Assembly: GCA_040830765.1 (NCBI GenBank)
Contig: JBFOMH010000003.1
Span: forward strand, 64,001-128,000
From: Puniceicoccaceae bacterium
GTDB lineage: Bacteria > Verrucomicrobiota > Verrucomicrobiia > Opitutales > Oceanipulchritudinaceae
Length of the DNA: 64,000 nt
Reading direction: 5' to 3'
The notes under the pieces are model-generated. The model saw nothing but the letters and a program-made list of their open reading frames with translations. It ran no database searches and was not told where the DNA came from. Positions 20,758-29,964 of the stretch are shown piece by piece. The position numbers and the translations under genes are program-made. How positions within the stretch are numbered: position 1 is the first letter of the stretch; every line of letters begins with the position of its first letter.

Positions 20758-22367
20758 CACTGCTGCTGCCACTGCCTGTTTTGGATAATTTCACGGGCTA
20801 CCGCGCGGTCGTCGAATGGGACCACGCAGTCGCCGAATTCCTGGAAAGTCTCATGTCCCTTGCCGGCTATGAGGACGGTGTCGCCGGGTTGAGCCAGCTC
20901 CAGGGCCCGGGCAATGGCCGCCCGCCGGTCCTCAATGAAGTCAAGATTCGGACAAGATTCGTTGCCGTTACGCATGTCATCGAAAATCTGTTGCACGGTC
21001 TCGTTACGGGGATTGTCGGCCGTTGCCAGGGCGACATCACTCAAACGGTTCACGGTGGCGGTAATGACCGGCCGGGTAGCGGCGTCCCGGTTACCACCAC
21101 AGCCAAAGACGGTAATCAAACGGCCCTTGGTGAGCCCACGGACCATCTTCAGGCCCTTCTCGTAAGCTGCCTCCGTGTGCATGTAATCAATGAGGACGTT
21201 AAAGGGCTGCTCCATCTCGAGGCGTTCCATGCGACCACGCACCCCGGGGAAGGAAAGGAGGGCAGACCCCATCTCGGCGGGATCCAGTCCGTGCAGGTAT
21301 CCACAGGCAAGGGCCGCCAGGGTGTTCTGGAGATTGAATTCACCGAGCAAAGGACTGACCAGCTTGAGCGAGCCACCCGGCCATGAGAGCAGAAAACGGG
21401 TATCCTTCTCGCTGTAGGCAATGTCGCTGGCCCGGATATCGGCCTCTGCAGAAGTCCCGAAGGTCAGGGTCTTATCAAGGACTTTGGCTGGGAGCGTCCG
21501 ATGGATGTCCCCCACCTGCGGGTCATCAATACCAGCAACAAAATGCTTCAATGAACCTGCCTGGTGGCAGATGAAATCACGCTCCAGCTCAACGTAGTTG
21601 TCCAGGGTCCCGTGATAATTGAGGTGCTCCGCCGTGATGTTGAGGAGCACCAGCTGTTCAAACTTTAGCCGTGCGATGCGCCCCTGGTCGATCCCGTGGG
21701 AACTGACCTCCATGAGGACTTCCTCGCAGGACTGCTGCTGGATCTGCGAGAGTAGACTGTAGAGCTCGATCGGTTCGGGGGTTGTCCGGTGGGCCGGGAG
21801 GGTCCGGTTGCCAATCTCGTAGTTGATGGTCCCGAGGAGTCCAACCGGTCCGCGGGCCTTGAGGAAATGCTTGAGGAGGACGGAGGCCACGGTCTTGCCA
21901 CTGGTCCCCAGGAAACCGGTCAGCTTCAGCTTGCTGGCGGGCTTGCCAAAGAACCGGTTGGCCACTTCGGCCACCACTTGCGGCAAGTCGCTTGTCCGGA
22001 TGAGGGTGACATTGGGCGGGACCCAGCAATCCTTTTCCGAAACGATGGCTACCGCACCCCGGTCGATGGCTTCATTGATAAAGAAGTGCCCATCGGTTCG
22101 CATCCCCGGCATGGCGAAAAAGAGGGAGCCGGCAACGACGCGGCGACTGTCCGTGGCCAGCGAATGAATGCGCACGTTGTCCTTGCCCGCAACTGTCAGG
22201 TTCGGGATGCCGGCAATCAGCGCTTTCAAGGTTTGCGTCATGTGCCTGTTCCTGACAGCACGCTCAAGGAGCATCGCCGAACCGGCGGCCCGGTAATCGG
22301 AGAGGCGGTGGGTGGCTGCAGGGCGGTGGGTTCTTTTTGATAAAACGGTCGGGTTAAAAGGAGTCAT
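20757..22367 (-). CDS. murE: MurE ligase (DNPR, meso-DAP type), partly divergent
   Basis: DSR, DGH, TTPE, MEVSSH, GCGGNRD, DNPR and AGKGHE motifs. Start uncertain (22367 or 22241). Confidence 0.88.
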   Translation of the reverse strand: MTPFNPTVLSKRTHRPAATHRLSDYRAAGSAMLLERAVRNRHMTQTLKALIAGIPNLTVAGKDNVRIHSLATDSRRVVAGSLFFAMPGMRTDGHFFINEAIDRGAVAIVSEKDCWVPPNVTLIRTSDLPQVVAEVANRFFGKPASKLKLTGFLGTSGKTVASVLLKHFLKARGPVGLLGTINYEIGNRTLPAHRTTPEPIELYSLLSQIQQQSCEEVLMEVSSHGIDQGRIARLKFEQLVLLNITAEHLNYHGTLDNYVELERDFICHQAGSLKHFVAGIDDPQVGDIHRTLPAKVLDKTLTFGTSAEADIRASDIAYSEKDTRFLLSWPGGSLKLVSPLLGEFNLQNTLAALACGYLHGLDPAEMGSALLSFPGVRGRMERLEMEQPFNVLIDYMHTEAAYEKGLKMVRGLTKGRLITVFGCGGNRDAATRPVITATVNRLSDVALATADNPRNETVQQIFDDMRNGNESCPNLDFIEDRRAAIARALELAQPGDTVLIAGKGHETFQEFGDCVVPFDDRAVAREIIQNRQWQQQ

Positions 22368-24123
22368 TGGAGACAATAAAGGGTTCCCATTTTTCAGGTT
22401 TGCGGATGGCCAGGTGCGGGATCAGCTTCTCCCCGATTGAGCGGAAAACCGGAGCCGCCACGACCCCGCCATAGGCAGGACCGCTCACCTTGCCGTCGTC
22501 GACAACAACCGTGATGACTACCTTCGGCTTGCTGGCCGGGAAGAATCCACTGAAGGAGCCCACATGGTTCGTCAGGCTGTACTGGCCATTGATAATCTTG
22601 CGACTGGTCCCGGTCTTGCCTGCGACAAGGTAACCCGGAAGGGCCGCCCGGCGGGCTGTCCCTTCGGGACTGACCACACTGACCAGCATTTCCCGCATCA
22701 GGCGGGCGGTGGTCACGGAAAGAATGCGCTCACCCTTGACGGGCTCCAGCGGCATGGAAAGCTCCTCAACCGGATCGATGACGCGTTTCAGGATCCGGGG
22801 ACGGAGCCGTACCCCGTCATTGGCAATGGTCGACATGGCCTGGTGCACCTGGATGGCCGTTGCCCCGACAGCGTAACCGGTCGGCAGCCGGCTGATGGTC
22901 AGGCCATCCCACTTGTCCACGGTTGGCAGGGATCCGTTGATTTCACCGGACAAGGGCCAGCCGACCGGCTTTCCAAATCCAAAACGGCTGGCATAGTCGT
23001 ACATCCGCTGCTCGCCCAGTCGCATCCCAATCTGGGCCGCACCGCGGTTACTCGACTTGGTGACAATGGTCTTCACGGGCACCACCCCGAGGTTGCGATG
23101 GTCCGAGGGCAGCCGGATGGTCACATTGTTGAAGACACAGACCTCCATGCCACAATCAAATTCCGACTCCGGTCCGATGATGCCTTCCTCAAGACCAGCC
23201 GCCACCGGGACAATCTTGAAGGTCGAACCTGGTTCGTACTGGTCGGTCAAAGCGCGGTTGCGCTGGTTTTCCAGTGGAAACTCCCAGAAGGTATTGGGAT
23301 CAAAGGTGGGATAATTGGCCATGCCAAGGATCTCCCCGCTGGTCGGATCCGAGACAATGATGCTGGCCCCGGCCGGAGTCACTTCCTCGACAAGCTGCTG
23401 CAGGGCGCTTTCGATCACTGATTGTACAAAAAGATCAATGGTCAACTCAACATGCATGCCATTCCTCGGGGCCACCTCGCGCTCCCGGAATGCTGCCAGT
23501 TCCCTGCGAAGGCCGTCCACTTCTGTTTCCCTCCAGCCGGCCTGGCCATGCAGATAATAATCAAGCGCATGCTCGACGCCCATTACCGGCGTCTGTTCCT
23601 TGTTGATAAACCCAATCACATGGGCCGCCAGTTCACGGCCGGGATAATACCGTTCGTAGCGACGGTTTCCATACACGCCTTGCATATCCAGCGCCTGCAC
23701 CGCTGCGTAAAGATCTTCATCAATCTCCGCCAGGGGAACCCAACGGACTTCCCTTTTCACTCCTTTGCTGTCAATCCGCTCCCGGCGGTTCAGCTTCTCC
23801 GCGATCTCCGTGAAGGGCTGGTCAAGGATTCCGGCCAGGAGGGCGATTTGCTCGGTGTCAGAAGTGTCGACCACCTGGGGATCCGCCCCGAGGAGGATTT
23901 CCGAACGGGTCCCGGCCAGGAGGTTGCCATGGCGATCAAGGATGTCACCCCGTTTGGCTTCCATCCGCACCACCCGCTTGCGGGCCGATTCAACTTCCTC
24001 GGCAATGCTTTCCGCCCGTACCACCTGCAGAAAATAGAGACGCCCGCAGAGCAGGAAAAACCCAACGACCACGACCGCCGTACAAACATGAAAGCGGGCT
24101 TTCCTGACACATACCTTCGACAT
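22354..24123 (-). CDS. ftsI: Class B PBP FtsI/PBP3
   Basis: RGDILDRHG, EPGSTFK (SxxK), KSSN (SxN) and KTGT motifs. Confidence 0.95.
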   Translation of the reverse strand: MSKVCVRKARFHVCTAVVVVGFFLLCGRLYFLQVVRAESIAEEVESARKRVVRMEAKRGDILDRHGNLLAGTRSEILLGADPQVVDTSDTEQIALLAGILDQPFTEIAEKLNRRERIDSKGVKREVRWVPLAEIDEDLYAAVQALDMQGVYGNRRYERYYPGRELAAHVIGFINKEQTPVMGVEHALDYYLHGQAGWRETEVDGLRRELAAFREREVAPRNGMHVELTIDLFVQSVIESALQQLVEEVTPAGASIIVSDPTSGEILGMANYPTFDPNTFWEFPLENQRNRALTDQYEPGSTFKIVPVAAGLEEGIIGPESEFDCGMEVCVFNNVTIRLPSDHRNLGVVPVKTIVTKSSNRGAAQIGMRLGEQRMYDYASRFGFGKPVGWPLSGEINGSLPTVDKWDGLTISRLPTGYAVGATAIQVHQAMSTIANDGVRLRPRILKRVIDPVEELSMPLEPVKGERILSVTTARLMREMLVSVVSPEGTARRAALPGYLVAGKTGTSRKIINGQYSLTNHVGSFSGFFPASKPKVVITVVVDDGKVSGPAYGGVVAAPVFRSIGEKLIPHLAIRKPEKWEPFIVSNDSF

Positions 24124-24548
24124 CAATCCATTGGCGTGAGGGATTCCATGACAGCCAGATCGATTGAGTAACGGAAGGGATCCGTATCCTTGCGCTGGGC
24201 ACCGCCCTTGGTATCCTTGGCATAGGTGCGCTGGTGTTGCGGATAACCATCCATGTAAACAACCTGGTCAGCCAGTGGCGGACGGAGATTGAGGTTGAGG
24301 CGCTTGATCTGGCGCTCGAGGTAAATGGGCTGGTGAATTTCCGCGATCTTGGTGTCAAGGTAGCGCAGGCGACGCTCCTCCTTGGCGATTTCCAATTCCA
24401 GCGTGCGAGTTGCCTGGGCCGTATATTCTATCTTTTGACGCAACCATAACAGGCCCAGGCAACCGCTCACCGTAACCACTGCCAGCACAATCAGCAGTGA
24501 TAAAATCTGTTTATAATAAAGGGTTTCTTTTTGTAGTGCGGGACTCAT
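24123..24548 (-). CDS. ftsL: FtsL-like bitopic coiled-coil protein
   Basis: Single TM followed by a coiled coil; canonical position between rsmH and ftsI with coupled stop/start overlaps. Confidence 0.65.
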   Translation of the reverse strand: MSPALQKETLYYKQILSLLIVLAVVTVSGCLGLLWLRQKIEYTAQATRTLELEIAKEERRLRYLDTKIAEIHQPIYLERQIKRLNLNLRPPLADQVVYMDGYPQHQRTYAKDTKGGAQRKDTDPFRYSIDLAVMESLTPMD

Positions 24549-25489
24549 GCAGCCCTCCTCTGTTTTTCCAGAACCCGCAACTTGGCAGAGCGGGACCGGG
24601 GGTTTTGGGATATTTCGTCTTCATCTGCGATGACCGGCTTGCGGGTCACCATTTCGGCTTGGCGGACACGGAACTGACCCGGACGGGAATCCCGGCCATG
24701 CTCAGGCCGGCCCGCCATGCGCCGGAAAAAGCGTTTGACGATCCGGTCCTCCAGGGAATGAAAGCTGATCGCGGCAATGCGCCCGCCGTCGACGAGCTTG
24801 TCGAACGCCGCCGGCAAGGCCGCTTCGATTACCGCCAATTCCCGGTTCACGGCAATCCGGACGCCCTGGAAGGTACGCGTAGCCGGATGAATGCGGTCCG
24901 TGGGTCGACGCCCTCCAAGGGCCTCCTCAACCAGTCCGGCAAAGGCCAGGGTACTCTCCAGTTGCTCGGTCCCGCGGGCCGACTCAATGGCAGCAACCAC
25001 CCGGCGCCAGCGGTTTTCCTCGCCAAAGTCACGGACAGCCCGGACCAGCTCGGCAGGATCCGCCGTATTCAAAAAGCGACTCGCGGGAACACCGGCTTGC
25101 GGATTCATTCGCATGTCGAGCGGGCCATCCTCACGGAAGGAAAATCCCCGCCGGGCCTCGTCAAAGTGATAGGAACTGACCCCGAAGTCGAACAGGATAC
25201 CGGTAAAGTCGGTTTCCTCAATTTGACCGAGGTCCTCGAAGTTCATGTGGTAAAGTGTCAGGCGTCCGGGAAAGTCGGACTGCAAGCGGCGACCCCTGTC
25301 AATAGCCTCCGGATCGCAGTCCAGCGCGACCACGAAGTTGCGATCGTCGGCCTCGAGGATAGCCCGGGTGTGACCACCTCCGCCGAAAGTGGCATCAAGA
25401 AACATCCCGTTCCGGCCCTCCGCCAGATACGCGACAACCGGTCCAAGAAGAACCGGCAAATGTCCGCTCGATGTCCCTTCTTCCTTCAT
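24545..25489 (-). CDS. rsmH: 16S rRNA m4C1402 methyltransferase RsmH
   Basis: HxPVLL, DATFGGGGH, GVSS, LDMRM, FHSLEDRIVK and NPRSRSAKLR motifs. Confidence 0.97.
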   Translation of the reverse strand: MKEEGTSSGHLPVLLGPVVAYLAEGRNGMFLDATFGGGGHTRAILEADDRNFVVALDCDPEAIDRGRRLQSDFPGRLTLYHMNFEDLGQIEETDFTGILFDFGVSSYHFDEARRGFSFREDGPLDMRMNPQAGVPASRFLNTADPAELVRAVRDFGEENRWRRVVAAIESARGTEQLESTLAFAGLVEEALGGRRPTDRIHPATRTFQGVRIAVNRELAVIEAALPAAFDKLVDGGRIAAISFHSLEDRIVKRFFRRMAGRPEHGRDSRPGQFRVRQAEMVTRKPVIADEDEISQNPRSRSAKLRVLEKQRRAA

Positions 25490-25492
25490 GCG

Positions 25493-25708
25493 TTAACTTT
25501 TCCTGAGCGAGTGCCAGATCTGCATCCAGCCACTCATTCCCCGGTTGACCTTCGGAGCGTGGGCCTTTTGCCGCCGGTAGAGGGCATCTCTGACCGAGCC
25601 CCCGACAGGCATGTTCAGTTTGGGAACCTCGGGCGGGCTCCATGAGGAATAATGCTTGGGTTCACCGGTATTGAGGATTCCACTTTGCATCAGTCGCTTT
25701 GTTTTCAT
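25493..25708 (-). CDS. Small hypothetical protein (71 aa) between mraZ and rsmH
   Basis: GAGGGAG RBS before ATG 25708; stop 3 nt before the rsmH start; fills the gap exactly. Confidence 0.55.
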   Translation of the reverse strand: MKTKRLMQSGILNTGEPKHYSSWSPPEVPKLNMPVGGSVRDALYRRQKAHAPKVNRGMSGWMQIWHSLRKS

Positions 25709-25730
25709 GCGGCTTTCTCCCTCGTCTTGG

Positions 25731-26177
25731 TTAAATTCCCATCTCCGCCATGGCTTCGAGGATGTCGAAGTCCTCTTCCCCAGCCTCACGGCGGTCGGCG
25801 TCCCAGATTTCGAAATAATGTCCCAGCCCGACGAGGCTGACGGTCTTTTCAATCCCGGCGTGCTTCTTGAGCCCGTCCGGGAGGAGGATGCGGCCCTGCT
25901 TGTCACAGCCAAACTTGAAGGCCCGGCTGAACATCTTCCGCAGGGCAGCCTTGCTACGCACATTGCTCTGCTGGATTTGACGGGCCTTCTCCATCAGCTC
26001 ATCGAGCATGTGCGGGGGATAAACCACGATACAGCCTTCGGGATGAGGCCATGCAAAGTAATAGCTGCCATCGTCGCCAGCGACCCGCCAGCTGGAGGGC
26101 ACGGTCACGCGATTCCGTGCATCCAGTTGATGCACAAACTCACCGACATACGCCATCATTTGCCCTCGTTCCATCAT
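25731..26177 (-). CDS. mraZ: Transcriptional regulator MraZ
   Basis: GEFVHQLDARNRVTVP, DKQGRILLP and GLGHYFEIWD motifs. Start uncertain (26177, 26174 or 26159). Confidence 0.95.
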   Translation of the reverse strand: MMERGQMMAYVGEFVHQLDARNRVTVPSSWRVAGDDGSYYFAWPHPEGCIVVYPPHMLDELMEKARQIQQSNVRSKAALRKMFSRAFKFGCDKQGRILLPDGLKKHAGIEKTVSLVGLGHYFEIWDADRREAGEEDFDILEAMAEMGI

Positions 26178-26195
26178 CGCTGCTAGGTCAAGCTC

Positions 26196-26239
26196 TCCAC
26201 TCTGGCCCATTTTCTGACATTCCGTCCCACATTGGTCAA
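26196..26239 (-). promoter_or_regulatory. dcw promoter with MraZ-binding direct repeats
   Basis: Minus strand reads TTGACC, then GTGGG/ATGTC/ATGGG/GTGGA at exact 10-nt periodicity, matching the known MraZ-box architecture. Confidence 0.75.
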
Positions 26240-26590
26240 GTCCCTTTTGTAAAAAATGGAAATTTAAAAATGCTGTAAGCTTCTGAAAAAGAAGCGCTTA
26301 GCCGGGTTATTAACGAGTTGTTCACAGTAAATTGAACATGTCTCAAACGGTCCCGGGAAGGAGGAATTGAACTCAGCCCAAGAAATAAAATCCCATAAAC
26401 ATCTCGTATTCAACAAATTGCGAATTTGTTTACAATTCACATTGCTAGTTACCAGCAAGGTCCGGATCGTGAACTACCGGATTTGTATCCAAAATTACCG
26501 ACAATTGTGAAAAGGAGGATTAATGGGTCCGATTAGGGTGAAATCGGAGGAAAATTGACAATTCCTGACCGGGAGGGCCATAAAACGGGC

Positions 26591-27355
26591 ATGGGAAAGC
26601 GAAAAATGCGGCTGGACGAGCTTCTGGTGGCGCGAGGAATGGTCGAAAACCGGAGCCGGGCGAAGGCGCTGATCATGGGTGGCAAGGTCCGGCATGGAAC
26701 AGAAATCCTCGACAAGGCCGGTAAGGAATATCCGGCCGATTTGGAGTTGGAGCTGGAGCAGCCGTCACCCTACGTCTCGCGGGGGGCGGACAAACTGGCT
26801 GGATACTTCAGGGCATTCCCGTGGAATATTGAGGACAAGCGGTTACTGGACATTGGGGCCTCAACGGGAGGCTTCACGGACTACCTGTTACAGGCCGGGG
26901 CGGTTGAAGCCACCTGTGTCGATGTCGGGCACGGGCAATTGCACTACAAGCTGCGCCAGGATCCCCGGGTCACGAACCTGGAACGGATCAACGCCCGGCA
27001 CCTTGAACCGGAGCAACTCCCCCACTCCACCTACCCGCTGGTCGTGATGGACCTTTCCTTCATTTCCCTGAAGCTGATCCTTCCAGTCGCCTGGCGCTGC
27101 CTCGAACCGGGGGGACTGATGGTCGCCCTTGTGAAACCCCAATTTGAGGCCGGCAAGGAGGAGGCGGACCGGTTCCGGGGCGTCATTACCGACACCACGA
27201 TCCGGGAACGCATACTCAACGAGGTGCTGGATTTTGTCTCACACAACCTCGAGGGCAGCCAACTGGTCGGCTGGTGCGAGTCCCCAATCGCCGGGACCAC
27301 CGGCAACCGGGAATACCTTGCCGGATGGACCCGTGGGGATACCGGGCATACTTGA
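26591..27355 (+). CDS. tlyA: TlyA-family rRNA 2'-O-methyltransferase
   Basis: S4-like RLDxLLV, YVSRG, DIGASTGGFTD, DLSFISL, LVKPQFE and GNREY motifs. Confidence 0.95.
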   Translation: MGKRKMRLDELLVARGMVENRSRAKALIMGGKVRHGTEILDKAGKEYPADLELELEQPSPYVSRGADKLAGYFRAFPWNIEDKRLLDIGASTGGFTDYLLQAGAVEATCVDVGHGQLHYKLRQDPRVTNLERINARHLEPEQLPHSTYPLVVMDLSFISLKLILPVAWRCLEPGGLMVALVKPQFEAGKEEADRFRGVITDTTIRERILNEVLDFVSHNLEGSQLVGWCESPIAGTTGNREYLAGWTRGDTGHT

Positions 27356-27378
27356 CTTTAGCAAATTGAGCGGAGTTA

Positions 27379-28233
27379 ATGCAGGCCATGGGGCGCCTGA
27401 AAAACATCCTCCTTGTCGTCAATTCCGGAAAGGCCGGGGCAACAGACCTTGCCGATGAGCTTGCTGCGATTGCTCGCGACGGTGGTGTCCATGCGGAGGT
27501 TGTCACCAATTTCCCGTTGGAAGCCTCGCAGATGGAAGGCTGTGAACTGTGCCTTGTCATTGGAGGCGACGGAACCCTTCTGGGCGTTGTCGAGGCAGCC
27601 TCCCGTTGGGGTGTGCCGGTTCTCGGGATTAACCTGGGGCGGCTGGGCTTCATGGCCAGCTTTTCCCCGGACGAAATCAGGTCCCGCTTCGAGGGTTTCC
27701 TAGAGGGTCAATTCACCTACCGCAGCCTGACAGTCCTCAGTTGTTCCGAACCGGGCGGGGAAACGGTTCATGTTTTGAACGACCTTGTCATTAAGGCCCG
27801 GACCTCGCGGCTCATCCGCCTGGAAATTCATTGCGAGGCGGAGCACATGAACACTTACCACGCTGACGGGGTCATCTTTTCGACCCCGACCGGTTCAACC
27901 GCCTACAACCTGTCCGCCGGTGGCCCTATTGTCCATCCCTCGGCCAAGGTCATGGTGACAACCCCCATCAACCCGCACACGCTTTCCAACCGGGCCATCG
28001 TGCTGGATGACTCCCACGTGTTGCTGGTCAATCTCCTCGGCAGTCCGGAGGATGTCCAGGTATCCGCGGACGGAAGGACGATATTCGGCAGCAGCCCGAC
28101 CTTCCCGATAGAAATCAAGGTCGCACCCGACCGGTCCTTCCATCTGGTCCAGCCGGAAGGATATTCCCATTACTTTGTCCTGCGGAACAAACTCCGCTGG
28201 ACCGGCGACGCCATCTTCAGTCAGCCACAGTAG
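27379..28233 (+). CDS. nadK: NAD(+) kinase
   Basis: GGDGT, GxLGF, ND and [21 protein letters not shown] motifs. Confidence 0.95.
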   Translation: MQAMGRLKNILLVVNSGKAGATDLADELAAIARDGGVHAEVVTNFPLEASQMEGCELCLVIGGDGTLLGVVEAASRWGVPVLGINLGRLGFMASFSPDEIRSRFEGFLEGQFTYRSLTVLSCSEPGGETVHVLNDLVIKARTSRLIRLEIHCEAEHMNTYHADGVIFSTPTGSTAYNLSAGGPIVHPSAKVMVTTPINPHTLSNRAIVLDDSHVLLVNLLGSPEDVQVSADGRTIFGSSPTFPIEIKVAPDRSFHLVQPEGYSHYFVLRNKLRWTGDAIFSQPQ

Positions 28234-28241
28234 TCCCGGGC

Positions 28242-28727
28242 TCAGCGGATCGGGACATCCAGGGGAACCGGGTTCAAGAGCATGATCGCGATAGCCAGCC
28301 CGTAGAGGATAATCCCGACAAAGAGAATGTAGCCACCGCGTCGATACGCACTGGTCTTGAGGTTGCGTCGCCGGAGGACCCGCAGGATGGTTTCCTGGTT
28401 ACTTTCCGCCAGCCTTTGCGTGGCCCAGCGAAGGGTCATCACGGAATGGAACATGTAGAAGGCGCAGGCCACGACAACGGAAAGCCCTGCAATGATCGTC
28501 CCCTGGGCAACTGCGTTGGTCCCGGCGATGAGGCGGCCGGAGAAACCGGTAACGGTGATCACGATCCCACAAAAGCTGAAAAGGACCTGAGCCCGGTTGT
28601 GGAGGGTATTGAACTGGCGCTCAACCACCGCCATAGCCTCCTTGAGGTCATTGTTGCACATGGCCAGGATGCGGGTGGCTTCCGTCTGGCAATCGAGGAG
28701 GTGGGTTTTGGGATTTTCGCTTTTCAT
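28242..28727 (-). CDS. Hypothetical 3-TM membrane protein
   Basis: ATG-initiated 161-aa ORF with three hydrophobic helices; fills the gap between flanking genes. Confidence 0.6.
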   Translation of the reverse strand: MKSENPKTHLLDCQTEATRILAMCNNDLKEAMAVVERQFNTLHNRAQVLFSFCGIVITVTGFSGRLIAGTNAVAQGTIIAGLSVVVACAFYMFHSVMTLRWATQRLAESNQETILRVLRRRNLKTSAYRRGGYILFVGIILYGLAIAIMLLNPVPLDVPIR

Positions 28728-28800
28728 CAGCCGGCAGGTAAGTTTACTTAAGCTTAATGATGCTCACCCACCTCCATGCAGGGCAAGGGCAAATCCCGGA

Positions 28801-29514
28801 ATGAACCAGAAAGCGCCAGACGATCACGATCCGTTCAATACCAAGCGGCCGGAAGTCTATGACCTCAAGGGTCTGCAATGGCTACTTTTCTATCCGGCAG
28901 CCTGGGGACTTTGGCTCTACTACCGATCCCTCCGCTGGCGTCTGGATAAGGAGACTGAACGTCAGCTGGCGGCGCTCCCCTCCCCGCGCTTGATCGCGGT
29001 GTGGCACAATCGCAGCCTCATCGCCGCGGAATGGCTTCGGAGGACCTTTGATCCGCCACGCTTTGCCTGCCTCATCAGTCCCAGCCGGATGGCGGCCTGG
29101 GAAGTGGCCTTTTTCCGTTTCCTCAAACTAAAGGTCATCCGCGGTTCATCAACTCGCCGCAGTGTCCAGGCAGCGATTGAAATCCTCCGCGCCCTGCGCG
29201 AAGGAAATGATGCCGGCATCTCCCCGGACGGCCCTTCAGGCCCACTCTATTCCTTTCAGGAAGGGGCTATCACCCTCGCCCGCAAGGCCGGGGCATCAAT
29301 GGTCGTTCTGAGCCTCAATGCGGGGGCGGCCTACCGGGCCCGGACATGGGATCGTCATCTCATTCCCCTTCCATTTGCACAGGTCGACGTTCTTGTCCGC
29401 ATTATCGAACCGGATGACCCCATGTGGGGGAAAAACGATGCCGAGGTGGCTGCGAAAGTCCGCTCCATCCTCCTTGAAATGACCCGCGACCCGTTCAGCC
29501 AACCGGAAAACTAG
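28801..29514 (+). CDS. DUF374/lysophospholipid acyltransferase-like protein
   Basis: WH, IRGSS, SPDGPxGP and WDRxxIPLPF motifs. Confidence 0.8.
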   Translation: MNQKAPDDHDPFNTKRPEVYDLKGLQWLLFYPAAWGLWLYYRSLRWRLDKETERQLAALPSPRLIAVWHNRSLIAAEWLRRTFDPPRFACLISPSRMAAWEVAFFRFLKLKVIRGSSTRRSVQAAIEILRALREGNDAGISPDGPSGPLYSFQEGAITLARKAGASMVVLSLNAGAAYRARTWDRHLIPLPFAQVDVLVRIIEPDDPMWGKNDAEVAAKVRSILLEMTRDPFSQPEN

Positions 29515-29523
29515 TCCGGCTTC

Positions 29524-29964
29524 TCAGGCAGCATTCTCGCGGTCCTTGGCAACCTTCTTCAGCGTTTCCCGGAAACCGGCCATCAGGACCGCGGAGGAAA
29601 CCCCGATCATCAGCACCCCGTTAATCGACTCCAGGGGCCCCAGCAAGCGGTGCTTCTCCGACATGACAATATCGCCATACCCGAGCGTGGCAAAGTTGAC
29701 CGCTGAATGGTAGATGGCCTCCTGCAAGTGGCTGAATTCCCCAAGGAAGACAAAGAGCAGTGCCCAAATGACAATCTGGCTGACGTTCCCGATTATCAGG
29801 ATGAACATCATTCCCGCGATAATGGAGAATCCGCTCATGTAGGAAATTTCCGGAGCGTTACTTTCGCGCCGGCTGTAGTAGTTGAAGGCCATTACCGCCA
29901 GCAGTCCCTGCAGGAGCAGGCAGATCGCCATGACAGGCAGGCCATACATAAGGTTGATCAACAT
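29524..29964 (-). CDS. Small potassium channel (Ion_trans_2 family)
   Basis: YHSAVNFATLGYGD pore/selectivity filter flanked by TM helices; no cytoplasmic gating domain. Confidence 0.85.
   Translation of the reverse strand: MLINLMYGLPVMAICLLLQGLLAVMAFNYYSRRESNAPEISYMSGFSIIAGMMFILIIGNVSQIVIWALLFVFLGEFSHLQEAIYHSAVNFATLGYGDIVMSEKHRLLGPLESINGVLMIGVSSAVLMAGFRETLKKVAKDRENAA

Noticed and set aside
26196..26210. mraZ start at 26210 from the ORF track
   Set aside because: That ATG is part of a MraZ-box repeat within the promoter.
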